This document shows positions 11,698 through 26,309 of a stretch of DNA of 47,440 bases, in pieces. Every line of letters begins with the position of its first letter. The stretch's first letter is position 1. A program made the position numbers and the translations under genes. The DNA is from Dimargaris cristalligena (lineage: Eukaryota): assembly GCA_003614675.1 (NCBI GenBank), contig ML002287.1, positions 1 through 47,440 of the forward strand, read 5' to 3'. Below the pieces are notes generated by a model, which was given only the letters and a program-made list of their open reading frames with translations, was not told the origin of the DNA and did not search any database.

Positions 11698-12365
11698 ATA
11701 CGTGGTTATGAGCGAAATGTGTAATAAACTCAGCTACGCGAAACGGCCTTACGCTCCAGGCTTTAAGCACCTCGTTCATCCCCACCATGGTACTGCAGTT
11801 CCATTCGCAAACCTGGGCTTTTCATTTATAACTAAATATACCTTGTCAATGACGTTCCTCGGTTGGGAATGTATTCTCGGAGGCTTCAATTACAGTGTTA
11901 TCTCAGAAACAATAACAGAGTGATTTTAAAATATATGACAGTTGCCATGTTTTGGGCGCACAACTTCCTATGAAATTGTTGTGTATGGGGGGGGTCAGGT
12001 GAATAACAACTGCATGCGAATAGAGGTGGATAGACTAGGTAGTTTTATGCTACTGTGGCCTATAAATGGGAAATATTTCAAAGCTTGGCACGGCTAGTTG
12101 TACGTTGCCATTTAAAGTTCTTCCTTTTTCTGCTGTTTTATTTAGACACTCCTTCCCCATTATTTAAAGCCCATATTCATCATTCCACTCATTTGCTCAA
12201 CTATTCCCGCTTGCTTCCGTTTACTATTAGCCCCATTTATTTCCATACCAGCTAGACCCTTTGTTGCTGCTCACAACCCTTACCGGACTTAAGTGATAAC
12301 CGTAGTTCAGAGTTGCATTCCATTTGCCAAGCCACATTCATTTGCATCCGCCTAGAGTTCTCCCA

Positions 12366-14757
12366 ATGTACCGCATCTTCGGCACCTCCAAGAAGCCGGC
12401 TGCCAAGGCCACATTAGATGGCGCCATCACGTCGGTAAGTGTCCGCCATACCAGCGTAGAAGGGGAACCCGGGTCTAATATACACTTATAGACGCTCTAA
12501 AGACAAATGCGCTGCTGTGAGCATTGCCTGACTTTATACTTGTACACAGTGACGGCCTGTAGACCCATTTCATGACCAAAGTGTAGCTTGCCTACTGTTA
12601 CCGTCGGTATTTACTGACTTAGACAGTTAAGTGACATATCCTCGGGCCTATGTCACTACCCCTCCCCCCTAAATATAACAATAATAATAAAGCGAGTAAA
12701 TATCAATTACATATGTAAATATATATATATATATATTCATCCCAACAGACCGATGGCCGGGTCGATTCTGTCGAAGTTAAAATTCGCAAGCTCGAGGGTG
12801 AACTGACCCGATACCGCGATCAGATGCGGACCATGCGTGACGGCCCAGCCAAAGTAAGATTGTAGTGAACCAATCCCGAACGATCTGGTTGCGGGAAATG
12901 GTCCGGGAGGCGATAGAATGTGTGGGTTCTGTCTTCGGGTTCTATACCTGTAGTTAAAAGTGGAAGTGGGACATTATATAATCAATTGGATAGGCCAAGG
13001 GGTGGCCAGGAATCTGAAATTACAAATAATATTCCGGTTCTGCTTAACCCCGAAAAATCATTAACGCCTCTTGGATTATCCATCTGCCCTTTTATATTTA
13101 CCTATGCTCCCTCTTTCCCAGAATTCGATCAAAAACCGAGCTATAACCGTACTCAAACAAAAGAAGCTGTAAGCAAAAATATTCTCTATATATATATCGA
13201 ACACCGGATTTTTAGATATTATGTTTAAATGTTCGTTTTTATGCATGTATACCAGTTAAGCAATGGCTCACAAATGTCATTTGGGCCAAATCCAGCTCAT
13301 TATAGTATTTATGTGTTTTACGTTTTTGTTTATCGAACACTAATCATTATTGTAATAACTTCTTGTATATATTTGCTCATTCACCACCGCGCCCTTGTAC
13401 AAAGTTATGAGACTCAGCGGGACCAACTGCAACAACAAATCTTCAATATGGAGCAGGCCCAGTTCGCCACGGATAACATTCGAAATACCATGACGACTTT
13501 CGAGGCGATGCAGGAGAGCAACAAGGCCCTCAAAAAGCAGTACAAGAATATCGATATCGACAAAATCGAGGTAATCTATCGGGGTTATATTCCCCATATT
13601 TTGATCTATATACCCATAAATACATCTATACCATCAGGAATGGGCACTGGCCTGGCATTTATTCAGTCCTTTGCGTCAGAGATGTGCACATGCTAATCTA
13701 CTATAACTATATGGCTTTGACATACGTTATTTCGAACACCCCAATGTTGGTACTTTGGGCATTATCATCAATTTTTGACCGATCCATGTTACCCAACTGC
13801 ACTAGCAAATGCAAGATGAAATGGCCGACCTCATGGAGCAGGCCAACGAGGTTCAAGAAACCATCGGCCGGAGCTACAGCATACCCGATGATATCGATGA
13901 AACGGATCTGGAAGCCGGTAAGATGCAAATGTGACCAGGCCACGGGCCGATAATGTTTGACTTTGGCTAGGTATCGAAGGGATACCAATTCATACGGAGT
14001 TTCGGGATAGGCTCATCGGTGGACGGTCAAGGGACATGTCTTAGGTGAATTAGCTACCCTCTCATCCAGCATGGCCACCCCCCATTGTCCCCTACACCTT
14101 GGTTAATATTTCGTTTTACTAATCTATTTTATTTTTATAGTGTTTTTGATTCAATGGGCTATTCTACATCGGCCAACACAACTGCTGTCCCCTCTCGTTT
14201 TCGCAACTACTCTTTGACACCTGTTTTGTTGCTCGGCTAACAGAACTGGACGCCCTGGGCGATGAGCTAGATCTAGGGGGCTCGGAAATCCCCTCGTATT
14301 TGCAAACCAACGTCGAAATGCCCGATTTGCTCCCGGAAACCAGCGAGCCCTTGCCACAGGTAAGTAAAGTCCACCCTCCTCCAATCGGCGGGGCCCATGA
14401 TTGACCTTACCGATTGACTTCGCTTGACTGTTGAGTTAGTTCTTTGTCAAACGCAGCGGGCAACTTTACCTAGATTGATGCCCCGCCCGTGTACCATCCT
14501 TTATTTTGAGCCAACGGGATGTCCTATTTCTTTGCCCCTCTCTCCCTTACCATACTCCCGTCCTCCCCTAAACGATGGATGTTTTAATACAAGGGTGCTG
14601 GGGGGGGGGACGATAATACTTTTTGGGTTAAAGTGCTGATGCCCCGGCCGAGTGGGGAGAGCCCTTCCTTTTTATTCGGCTGTATATCCACCAGCCCGCT
14701 GGTGCTGGCGTCACCGTGCCCCTGCATAAAGACGACACCGCCACGCTACATTATTAG
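12366..14757 (+). CDS. VPS60: ESCRT-III Snf7-family protein Vps60/CHMP5
   Basis: Exons 12366-12434, 12749-12853, 13122-13168, 13405-13570, 13806-13917, 14244-14359. The last exon is uncertain (14695-14757 proposed). Motifs [77 protein letters not shown] and [14 protein letters not shown]. Confidence 0.92.
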
Positions 14758-16615
14758 TGCCAAGCCAATAGTAAAAAAATGGTGGAGCGGTGAGAGAGAT
14801 TATAGAGTATAGTGGTCTATTTTTATATTCCCCCCCGTGTATTCATGTATCACATCTATACACGGGGTACTCTCATACTAAAATGCTTAATGATCTGGCT
14901 TAAGGGTTTTCTCTATCCAGCCGGCAATCGTTATCATTCTGTATACTATTTCTATGCTGGCTTAGTTATATGGACCTTCTACTGGCTGTTGTCTCTTTCA
15001 CTGCTTCACCCACTCGCCCTTCTCTTGCTAACCCGGGGCTTGCGACCTGCTTTTTTTGTATGTATTGTAAGTATGGACCTGGTTGGACCAATACCCGGAA
15101 CTCATACCCTGAATTTAATTTGACCCCCTCTAATTTCATCGGATCCGTCCCTAGACTGCCGAAATGGCCCATCCTGAACGCCCTACGGCCGAGGGGCCGG
15201 TCAAATTGTAACCCACTAGGGACATGTCCATTGCCTGTCCATTAAATGACTTCTCTCCCCTGACCGCCACATTCCGCTTTATCCACTGACATTCGCTAAG
15301 ATCAGACTCTTCGTGGTGGCCTTTATACTCCAGCGCACCTGCGGCTAATAGACACAATCAGTAGCCTCATTTTCGACTATAGAATGTACCTCCAACCAGC
15401 GGGCTGTTGGTGATAAGGGGAGAGGGAGCCGAATTTACAACACATTGCTCCAGCTACCATGTCAATTACCCAAATTTACCATCGGGTGGTATCCTAACGC
15501 CTATTACATAAACTGCACTGGTATACAAATCAAGGAACTATTAAATACATGCTATATATCCTCAGGAGTATTCAGAAAAAATACCAACATAGTTAACCAC
15601 GGCATAGACGTGGGTTGGCAAATTATCGACAACAAGTAACCATCTCGGATTAACTTGAACTCGGCCGTACTGCTATTTAACCGGGGGATCGTTTAAACAC
15701 GACCCACCATAACATTGGGGCCATCATGAATTCAGATAAGGGACTATAAGTCATTTAATTGATATGATAATTATGCTTGGACAAGGACATATATGGTGGA
15801 AAATTGAGGGAGGGGGGAATTTAGATTTTGGGGAGAAAAACGAAGTGAACAGACTAGGGATGTTGGGCATGGGTGGCAACATGAAATTATAGACAGACTA
15901 AATACACATGATGGGGTTCTGCCCGAAGGCGGGTGATAATTGATAAAGTACATATGAATATGAGGCCGGATGGCCCGAAATGAACAACAATTTTTCTCTT
16001 TTTAGGGGGGAGGGGGGGTATAGTGGGATAAATGAAGGGGTTGACTAGGTGAGGTTGGTTGGCCAAACAAGTGGGGCGGTTGGGCAGAAGGAAAAGAGGA
16101 GGGGAAATGGTGCGGATAGGCAACTGCAGACCCAACTAGACACGACTATTAAGCGCATTGGCCCGTGTCAAGATGGGCTACAATTAGCATGTCACCCCCG
16201 TCCAAATACCCTGGTTAACCTGGATGCCTATGGATACCTGCTGGCCGACCCGGTTAGGCAAAATATTACAAATATGCGGGGTGAATAAAACATAATCAGG
16301 GATGTGAAAGGCGCGGAGAAACGCCTGGAGTCTCGAGGAAACCAACTGGCCATTCGAAGGACGAAGGGAAGGGGGAGCGTGGTCAATGATACAGCGGGTA
16401 ATGCTTAGAGCTCCTCCGCCGCCCCTTCTATTTTCTTCGAATACATAAAACCAAGGGTCGTGTATAGTGTTGGAACTAAAGTGTATGGTATGCGAGTAAT
16501 CTAGTATTCATCTACGCCTGAATTAAGGAAGGGAAAACGCGATTGGGGCATAAGAGATTCGGCCGGTCCTCGATTCCGCCGTCAAATATGGACATACACA
16601 TCCAACAGACGGTAC

Positions 16616-18409
16616 CTAGTGCCCCTCGGGGGCCAAGGGGTGCCGCAGACCGGAGGGGTGGTAGTAAGGAGAGCCGGCGGCCATTAGCATTGACGATGAG
16701 GAGTAGTGGGGGTGATGGCGGTGGGAGGGGGTGGGGTGTAGCGGGGCACCAGCGGCAGGAGCTCCCGGAACTAAAGTGTAGTCCGGGTTACTGGGGCGAG
16801 TGGAGGTTAGGGTAGGGGTTAGATGCTGTTGGGAATAGTAGCGGGTAGCTGCGGGTGAGTAGCCGGGGGTGCTGGGCGTATAACCGCCGGTATGGTCGGC
16901 CGAGTTCTCCAGGCTGTAGACCCGCTTACGGTGACCATTCCCCGTTAGGCCAGGCTCGGCGGCAGGTACCGATGAGAGATAGGGCACGGAGGGGGTGTCG
17001 ACGGGGGCAGCGGTGTAGGCCGTGGGCGGGTAACTGGGGTAGCCGACGGCTGGGCGGGGGTGTAAGGCCAAATCGGAGGGGTAGCGGGGCCGGCGGGGGT
17101 CGGTGGCCCCGAGGTCCTTGGCCATGGTGTGCGCATGGGAGAGCGGGCTGTGGGCAGTTGGATAGGCACTTCCCGAGAGGGAGGGCTGGCTCTGTAGCTT
17201 GGCGAAGGGCGGGGATGTCCGTTCGAAGCCCGAATTGGATCGCTGTACTAGGCTGGGACCCGGGATGGGAAGGGGGCCAGCACGGGGTTTTAGTACGCTG
17301 GGGTCAAACACAGTGGACGGCTTAGTCTGGTAGGGGTTGGGGGCGATGTCCGCCCTTACGGGGTTGGGCTCCAAACAGGTCAGTGTCGGCCGCGTGGTAT
17401 TTCCGGGTAGGGTATGCGAGCGGCGACCCTTGCCCTGCACGACACTGGCCAATAGAGGGTTGCTGGCGATGGGGTGGGGACCACTCGACAGGCTGAATGA
17501 CCGGCGGCCGGGGGTTTGGGGATCCTCGCCGGGGGACAATTTGTCCTCGGCGCCCTCCAGCTCGGATAGAGAAGCGGGCTCATCGAGGGCCATCATTGAA
17601 CTTGAGCCATCTTCGGGCCGATTAGCCCCAGGCGTTAAGGTAAGTGTGACCGCACGGGGACGGGACCGGGGTTTCGTGGGGGAGGGGAAAGGATGGTCAC
17701 CTGCGGCTGCGGAGGCACTGGATGGGTGCACAAGCTCACTCGTGATGGGGCGCAGAATAAGGGTGGAGTTCTTTAGATCACTGGGCTGGATACAGAAACG
17801 GCTTAGGCGGCGGGCCTGGGGGTCGCCGTCCCCCTCGGCCCCGAAGAAACGTGGAGTGGTTTCCGGCTTGGCCAAGCTGCGCCGGCCCCGCACACGGGTG
17901 CTGGCGTTGGCAATGGTGGAAATATTGGATTGTTTGCCGTCGCGCTGGTGGGTCTGGGTATGCTGCATCATATTGTCGAAGCGGCTGAAGATGCGATTGC
18001 AGCCCGGGATAATACACTGGAATGGCTTCTCGCCGGTGTGTTTACGGGAGTGGCGGGCCAAGTGTTCACTTCGGGTGAAGACCATGTTACAGCTAGGGAA
18101 GGGGCATTGGAATACCTTGCCCTTGCCGGGGATCACAGTGGCCAGGGCACTTCCATGCGCGCTAAAGTGGCTGGCGGCAGCGTCGGCAGTCTTCGGACTT
18201 GGGGCCCGGGAAGACGTGGTGGTGCTCGGCGTCCGAGGGGGCTCGGGAGACCCGGTGGCCGACATGGACGATAGGCGTAGACGACGGAGAAGAGGTGACG
18301 TTGAGGTATTGATATGGGTGGATGTGGAGTTAAGCTGGTCGACCAAAGGAGTGGTTAAGGTCGGGAGAGTATCGGCGCGAGGCCTAGGGAAGGGGCAGGG
18401 AAGTTCCAT
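16616..18409 (-). CDS. Two-finger C2H2 zinc-finger transcription factor (Usv1/Rgm1/Msn2-like DNA-binding domain)
   Basis: 597-aa ORF containing [55 protein letters not shown]; the remainder is P/S/T-rich and probably disordered. Confidence 0.92.
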   Translation of the reverse strand: MELPCPFPRPRADTLPTLTTPLVDQLNSTSTHINTSTSPLLRRLRLSSMSATGSPEPPRTPSTTTSSRAPSPKTADAAASHFSAHGSALATVIPGKGKVFQCPFPSCNMVFTRSEHLARHSRKHTGEKPFQCIIPGCNRIFSRFDNMMQHTQTHQRDGKQSNISTIANASTRVRGRRSLAKPETTPRFFGAEGDGDPQARRLSRFCIQPSDLKNSTLILRPITSELVHPSSASAAAGDHPFPSPTKPRSRPRAVTLTLTPGANRPEDGSSSMMALDEPASLSELEGAEDKLSPGEDPQTPGRRSFSLSSGPHPIASNPLLASVVQGKGRRSHTLPGNTTRPTLTCLEPNPVRADIAPNPYQTKPSTVFDPSVLKPRAGPLPIPGPSLVQRSNSGFERTSPPFAKLQSQPSLSGSAYPTAHSPLSHAHTMAKDLGATDPRRPRYPSDLALHPRPAVGYPSYPPTAYTAAPVDTPSVPYLSSVPAAEPGLTGNGHRKRVYSLENSADHTGGYTPSTPGYSPAATRYYSQQHLTPTLTSTRPSNPDYTLVPGAPAAGAPLHPTPSHRHHPHYSSSSMLMAAGSPYYHPSGLRHPLAPEGH

Positions 18410-18412
18410 GGT

Positions 18413-19194
18413 CTAGGGATTTTCTCGATATGAATAAAAAAAATTACAGATGGAGGGAGAAGGAGAGAGAGAGATAGTTGAAGGAAAAGGGGGGGGGAAT
18501 CAAGAGTATATATATATATATATATATCGAAGTAGAATATTATAACTTGGGAGAGAGGTAGTGCAAAAAATATGAAGGGATATGTCAAGAGCACTGAGGC
18601 CAAGTAGGGATGGAGAGTAAGCAAGCGTAATATATATAGAAGGAAAAAAAAGGATGGGTATGTTAGTACAGAGCAATATATAGACGAAAGGTGGTCAGAC
18701 TGAGAGGTGAAGGGGGGGTGGTCGGGTATTTATACGGAGTGGGAAGTCAAAGAAGTAGCCACCGCGGAGTCTGGAGAGGGAAAGGGGGGTGCCTGGAATA
18801 ATGGGGAGGGGGGAGGACAAGGACGGGGAGGGCAATAAGGCCAAGGCACCCTGCTGATTGAACATCCAAAAGAGGAATTTAGGGGGGCTGATCGCAGGAC
18901 CAGCGGTCACTGTAAGGTAAGGGGAATAACAGGGTAGGAGGAGGACAAAGGCGCCTGGGCGTGAGTACACTCGAAGGGGGGCAATAATTACGCAGCACTA
19001 GGCCGCGCTATACTCCCAAACGAGCGGTACGCTGGGAACTAGTCCAAGTAGAGTGTAATAAATGGCCGGGCTGAATGACGCGCAATAGTAGCAAGCAGAG
19101 CTATCCCTCACCCACTTTATGTTTAGCGAATACTAACCAAAAATGAAATAAGCATGGTCACTAACGGATATACGAATATAAAATATACACTCAC
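18413..19194 (-). other. Candidate 5'-UTR intron of the C2H2 factor
   Basis: On the minus strand, acceptor CCCTAG|ACCATG lies 3 nt before the ATG after a long pyrimidine tract; donor CTG|GTGAGT at 19194. The pairing of donor and acceptor is inferred. Confidence 0.4.
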
Positions 19195-22100
19195 CAGTTG
19201 ATAGGTTCGGCTAGTCGGGGGTTTCAAGGCAGTTGGTCCAAGTTTGGGGTGAAGCACGGGAGGGGAATGCAGAGTGAGGGCCGACGAGCGATAATCTGAA
19301 CCTCGCGAATACAATAAATAAGGAGAGGTAGATGGATATAGAGGGGAATCGGAAGGCCGGCGGCTATTGGAGAGTGAGGGCCACAGATGTGCCCTGCAAA
19401 AACCACTGGCGGAGCAACGACTGAGTGGGCTGAAGAGAGCAACGGGACCGAGAGGTAACAAAGACGGCCCGAGGTACCGGGACCAGATTGAGCGGGCGCA
19501 ATCAGAATCAACGGGGGAAAATCCCAGAAGGTGGATATAGGGGATTGTAGGGAATGGGTCATAAAGACACGGATAGGGAGGAGCAACAAGGCAGAAGGGG
19601 GGAAGGTCGGGGGAGGAGGAAAAAGGGAGAAGGGGAGAGACGGTGCCGTAGGTCGATCGACAGGCGCGGTAACGGTCACCATACGACGGGAGGGGGATAT
19701 AGTCGAGGAATCCGGTGGATTGGTATAGCAGCGAAATAGGGGAAATAGATTAGAGGGTTAGTATGCAATAGAATGATAGTTAGACTAGGGTTAGGTGTAT
19801 TCTATTATTCAGGTGCTACAAAACTCCCGGGGGGGACGCCAAGAGGCCTACGTGGCGTATGGCCACATACACTATGGGGTTCTCGCGCCTTCCCTCGTCC
19901 TGCCCCAGCCTCCCCTTCCGTTACGCGGCTTGCGTTATCTACGCTTGGCCCTGTTCGAACAGAACAGTTTAGCTTCGGGGCCACAGGCACTCTCGCTGGC
20001 CTAGGCCGGCGGCCAAATGGGGCAGCTGGCCATGCGGGTAGGACAGCCCTGAGCTCACCCTCCCCCTTTAGGCTACTAAGTAAGACCTATATACGCCAGT
20101 GGAGGGGACACGGGAGAAGGATCGACCGGCGGGGACCGGGGCGTTGCACTTTGGGGTGGGATGGGAGGCCAAGCGAAAGAAGGTTGGGCATATGTGTCTT
20201 TCCCACCCACCAAGCTATAATGGCCCTGTCCCTGGGGGGTAATGCCATCCAGGTACATATCCCAAGGTAGGTTGCCAATGCCCAGGAGCAGCGACCACCC
20301 CCGGCTGATGCACCTCGGGCTGTAGTCAGCCGCAGTAGGGCCGCCGGCTCGAAGAAGCCCCCCCCCCATTCAGTTCTTTCCAGAACGCCTGAATAGAAGC
20401 AGCGGAGCAGTCTAAGGAGAAGGGGGAATACGATGCTTCAACGCAATCTACATGGGCAGGGGAGCCCTCTCCAGTCCCACTGGCCCGCACCACCACCCAT
20501 GTCCTGAAGAACAAACCAACCGGGGCAGTGGTGGTAGTAGAAAGATGTGTGTGTAAGCTAGCAAAGTGACAGGGGGCCAGGAGCAATCGCCAAATGCCCA
20601 GCGGCGGATCCTCCGGTGTAACTCGACACGGTGTCCAAGGACACGGACAAGCGCACCAGATAGATACCACCACCACCGGTCCCTCTCATCTTCAGGCCCG
20701 CCATTACTAAGCAGTCCCGCGCCAGCTGCCCTCGTACAACCGCCCTGTTCCATCGAGATCACTTGCTTACCAATAATCCGAGGCTCACTCTCTTTGAGGG
20801 TCCCAGAACATGATTAACCTAGTGTAATCTAACAATATTCATAGACTGCGTGCTTACCAGACGGAGACGTGGTATCTCTCCACACTGTTGGTCCGGGCGG
20901 GCGGATAGGGGCGCTCAGTGAAGGCAATCTATTAAAAAAAAGGGTCTCGCGCCTCGGCAGTTAAGCCTACTGGGTCGGTTCAGAATGCACAGTAGGGAGC
21001 GGCGAGATGAAACAGTCGGCCGGGCCAACGTCACGGCAGCAAACGAGTGAGGGAAAAGGGAGTGTGAAAAAAAGCAATCTAATAATCCACCGGCCCGTAG
21101 GGAAGATACACGGGATGGGTAAGAGTGTAGAAGGGGAGTGGGGTTATGCATGTAAAATTGCTTCAGTAAAGTAAAGCGAGGGGGAGCAGCAAAAGGATGA
21201 TGAGGAATCGGGCCGCGTGTCGATTTGGCTCTTTTTATACGCCCGCGGTTACACACGGCGGCGAGTCGGACGCCTTACCACCACCCCTCCTCCTCATTTC
21301 TTCTATTCTATTAAAGTGGCCATCGGATCCGACTTGGACAGTAAAGTGGTTCCCTTGGCGGGTTAACTAATCAATGACGCTACTCCGTATATTACAGTAT
21401 ATTTCCGGGCTAAATCCCCATCGATGGCGGCTGGACTGCCGTTACTGCTACATTTTGGGCACTTTAAACCCTGCCTACTGCTGTCATATTTCCTGAATGA
21501 AGGGAGGGGGGGGGACTTTGGTGCCTTTGGGGTGCCCACCCCGCCCATTGGCGGCGCAGATGTGTTGGATTCAACAACGTCTACCGCGAACTGAACTTGG
21601 CTGAATAGGCCCGTGAGATGAAAAAATATAACATACATTTGGGCGCCCTCGGCTCTGGGTCTAATCGTGCTTAGCTTCAGGCAGAGCAGCCCTACGGTCT
21701 TAGGTCTTGGAATCGGGCGCACTAGATAATCTAGCCCCTATATCGCCTGTGGCTATCCCCTCCGGCCCGGGCCCTCTGTTAACAAGTCGGCCGGTTTCCT
21801 GGAGGCAGATAACAAGGCCAGACAATGGTGGTGCGCCCCCTCTACATGGGGTCTGAAAACCCATTTGTCTCGTTTGACACCCCCTCCGAAATATATAATA
21901 ATATGACATCAATTCCAGGAGATTTGGGGGGTGGGTAGCCAATGCGGATAGGCGAGGCGAGGACTCTCCTTCCTAGAAATAGCCCGATCGTAACCCCGAG
22001 TACACCGCTGGTAGCATGCCAAGGGCGTCGTCATCGTGGTATAACTCCCCGGCCAAGCCGAAAATCCCCTCCTCTACCAATCGAATAAAAACCATGTACC

Positions 22101-25100
22101 GCTTACTTAGACTGTGTGGTGGTGGGGGAGTTACGGGGATAAACAGGGGAGAGTGTCCCACCAGCTGCTGGTTGAACCAATGGCTGTGCAGCCGAGGTAC
22201 AAAAATTAAACTAAACTATTACTACTGCTGCTGACCACCAAGAGTGGTCAACTGATGCGAGCTCCTCTTTTTCCCTTCCTTCGTCCTTGATATGGCCCAG
22301 AAAGGCAACCGCAAAAAAACATTAGGTAACCGCTCTCGCCTGCCCAGTCACCGCAAATATTCCAATGAGCTCACTGGTCCTCCTCCGCTGAATTGAACGA
22401 CCCTCTTATTCCACAGGGCTCATGTCATCCTTACGGTTCGGCGGTCATATCGACCGTTTGGGATTTATACTATAAGCCAATCGCAACTAGCGTGGGTTCT
22501 GATAACTGCCCTGACCTCATAGCCCCACTAAACCCCCGATATGTCGATTTCCCCACTCATCATCCATCGCCTTGCCAGCCGTCGGTGCTTATTGCAATAT
22601 TATCAGCCATTCAAAGGGCGGTGAATTGATTAAATTAGACGATGCATGTGGGCGAATAGCTGGGATACCCGGTTACCTCTCTCGATAACAGGGCATCGCT
22701 GTGTTATTTTTCACCAGCTGTATACCGGCTACTGCTTTACATAAGGCGCCTTGGCTGCTGCAATGAAACACGCGCCCACGATAGGGGGAGGGAGTGTGGG
22801 TATGTTGCCTGAAACTTGGCAAAACGGTCACAAGAATACTAACCAATCCCTCCCCCTCTTCCTCTCCTCTCCGCTCCTCCCCCCCCGGCTCGCCGTCCGG
22901 GTTTCTAGTGCTGGGACCTAGACACTGGATTGGCTGAAAAATAGGCTGTAGCTGAAACAACCCTCCACCCCCCCCCATGCGGCGGCCTATTTCAAAATGT
23001 GTTTCCTATTCCCTAACATCGAACCTATCGAGCCCACCGCCCCTCCTGGCGCCCAGTTTGGTTTCATTTCTTGCCACGTTTCATTACTCCACAATGCGCG
23101 CACTATATAGCCATAGGGATGAAAGAAGGGGAGGGGGAAGGCACCGGTGTAAAGAGGCGCAGAGGAGGGAGGGCCCCCCACGGATGACGGCTTAATCAGA
23201 CCAATCCAATCATCAAAGTGGCCCACTATGAAAGCCAGTAGAAGAATTCTTCTGGGTCGAGGGCCGCCGAGCGGGGCCAGTATGATGGTTTTAAACGACC
23301 TCCTGGTATGTCCTGGTATGATATTTTTGCTTCGCCTCGTTTTAAAATTGGCCCAAGGGAGTAAAAGACCGAGGCGGATCACACAATCTTGATATTAGAA
23401 GGCTTCAGAAGCCCGCCATGTGCCGGTTATTAATGGGACCCCTGATAAATAACCTAGTGGCGGAGGGTAGGAGCGCGGGATACCATGCGGAAATAACGGA
23501 TGCGTAGCCAAAAAGGTCCAATGGCTCCCACCTCGTGTGCCCTGACCACCTCATTCACTGGGTGAGAACTGGGGGCCGGATGGGAGGCGGTGGGGCCCAT
23601 GGGCTCGCTCTGGCCGACGCACACTCACCAACTCCGCAATTGATTATTTGTGTTATATTAATATAAATACGGTAATTGGGAATAGGGCCTACTTTTGCAT
23701 CGGTTGAAGTATTATCAACTCGATGAGGCGGGTCATGTACGCGGGCCACGCTCAAAGCCTCGCAGGTCTGCAGCAGGGAGAGAGTGGTGATAGTGATGAA
23801 TGGGCGAGTGAGCAGCCAGGGGGGGGGTATATTATGCCCCGAAACTGACGGCGATTAAAATGCCGCCCATTTGTTTAAAACGTCAAAGACAAGCTGAAGG
23901 GGAAGGGGGGGATTATGCCATACGAAAGAGAAAAAATGGCTATTCTCATTCACACTGCTTAGCCATCGGTTCCCTTGGCCTCTCTCTCTCTCTCTAACCC
24001 TCACGCTAAGGAAAATCCTTTTCCGGCTCTGCTTCGTGGGTAAGGCGTCCCTCGCTGGCCATTAATATCTCAAGTCATTATCATAAACGTGTGGCAATTC
24101 ACACAGTCGTTCCTAAAACAAGAAGACGGCTGTACAGAACAGCGCTATACAGGATGAACTAAGCCGATATCCCCTTTATCGCGCATCCCATCCTCAGGCC
24201 CAGCTAAAGTGCCTGGATTCTATCCTCTACCTGTCAGGCACATCAATACCACCCGCAATGGACTGGAGACGGGAGGGGCTGTACCACTCTTGCACGACGT
24301 TGGACAGGGAAGTTGTATTGTTCACTGAGGCTGCCCTATTTATTTATTTTCACTCTCCAAGTATTCCCCCGTTTCCTCCCTATAATATCTTTTTATTCAC
24401 CAGTGGTTCCACGACTTGCTTTATTAAGAATTGTGTGGGGGTAGGGGAGGGGTGAAGTATAGGTGGCAAGGGCCAGAATGACTCAATTTCTGAAACCTAA
24501 GGCATAACATCGCCTCCACCCATTAAACAGTGAGATGAGCGTAAATATCGATACGATGCACCGCCCTCAAAAATAAAATAAAAAAGCTGGCCCTTGATAT
24601 ACCGTGCAGGGGACGAGAGATCTGAGGATAATATTCCCTCCCCGGCCCATGCAGCCACATTTCAGAAACAGTATAATTGAATAGTGCCCTCCCCCCAATT
24701 GCTACCAAACAAAATAGCCCTGAAATACGAGTTGCCGGGAGGTCGGCATGGGGCGTAGGTATCGAATGTGGTATTGTAGAAGAAGGGGGGGTGGTAATGC
24801 GTATAGAGGGGGGGCACATATATCGGAAATGCCGACGGTGGAAGGTATATTGGTAATACAATGTAAGCAATGGAAATGGGGGAGAGGAAGGGGGGAGATT
24901 ACTGGTAAACCTGTCTGGGAAACCAAATTGCCTAACAATAATGATTGTTGAGGGTGCTATTATTAGCTTAACAACAATGCTATTTTAATTCACGGAATGG
25001 TATCCGTTGATGATACCCACAACTCTGTATCAGCAACACATTAGCCAATATGAAGGGTGTATTGAATTGATATGTCCATGGTTATCCCGGTTGCGGTTTC

Positions 25101-26309
25101 CGATCACTCGTCCGCTCACACTCTCCCTAATACCGGTGTGGAGGAAATGCGAGGGGGGAAGGGCAGGGTGACTGAATTTCCTCCTTTCCCTCCCCTCATT
25201 GACCAAAATATTGACAAACGTGATACCGTTCGCCTAAATACCCTTTTCGGCCGATACTGATTTAGGACTAAGCTCCTATAAACCGGACCATTAAAGGCGG
25301 GGATTGGCAAGTATGGCATCACAGGATATATTCCAAAAGAAAAATATTATGCCCGACAGCGGGTCGTGGCTGTTGGAAGTAGGGCAGGTTGGAATGCCTG
25401 TGGATGGGCCCTTTCCCGCAGCATGGGTACCGGAACTGTTCACAGACCGAATGGCCTGTGGCCTTAACCGTATAGTTGTATATCCTCCATCGCCCTTGGG
25501 CCGGGATAACGTTCATCTCGAGGAACATCCCGATGGGTCGCCGCAGAAGGGGGTAGCACTTCTCTACGCTCTTGCCGTATGCAGCAAGCCGACAATGCTG
25601 TCATCCAGAAACTGTCAGGACCACACCCATTGTTGCCGCTCTTGCTGCAGGAATGACCTGAATCTTATAAATAGACTATTCAGCCATCTGTAACAAAAAA
25701 AACCAAAAACGGGGGGAGAAGAGGGAGTGTGCCCTGTTGTAGCACTCCAATAGGGAAGCGTGGTGTTATATTGGAATACATTTACCTCCTAATTAAGATG
25801 AAACCTAAAGGGGCCTGGCCTCCCTTTCCTTTAGCACATCCCCTGACAACTAAGCAGCCGCCGGGAGTATCACCCCTTTTCCCTTCTCAATCGGCCGGGA
25901 TATTGTAAGGGACGTCTCGTTAAACGCAATAATGGGGTCCTAAGGTTTACAATGGTTCCTTTAGCCTAATACACGCATTTCTTCCTCTTTTAACATGTGG
26001 CTTCATCGGGGTTAATTCCGCATTGCCCTTCCGTACACTAGCTATTGTATCCCAGTATGTAGTTTCCTCATATCCATATCCAATTCCTTCCAGAGGGATT
26101 ATCAGTATACGCCAGTCGCATTTGCGGATGATAAACCACCCCCTGTATAATTCCGTTAACACACCTGGCAAATTCTAAACCCGACCGTCGGGGGAAATAA
26201 AAATACCCAATTCACTCGGGCATGAATCGGGGGTACTACGACTAGGATGGCGCTTTTGCTACTAGTCCCGTATATACGCACTATTTTTAGGAAGGGCGAG
26301 GGAGGTGGA

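Noticed and set aside
17337..18416. 359-aa ORF antisense to the C2H2 gene (also 3069-3982, 41512-42051 and similar)
   Set aside because: Shadow ORFs produced by GC-rich codon usage of real genes; no recognisable motifs.
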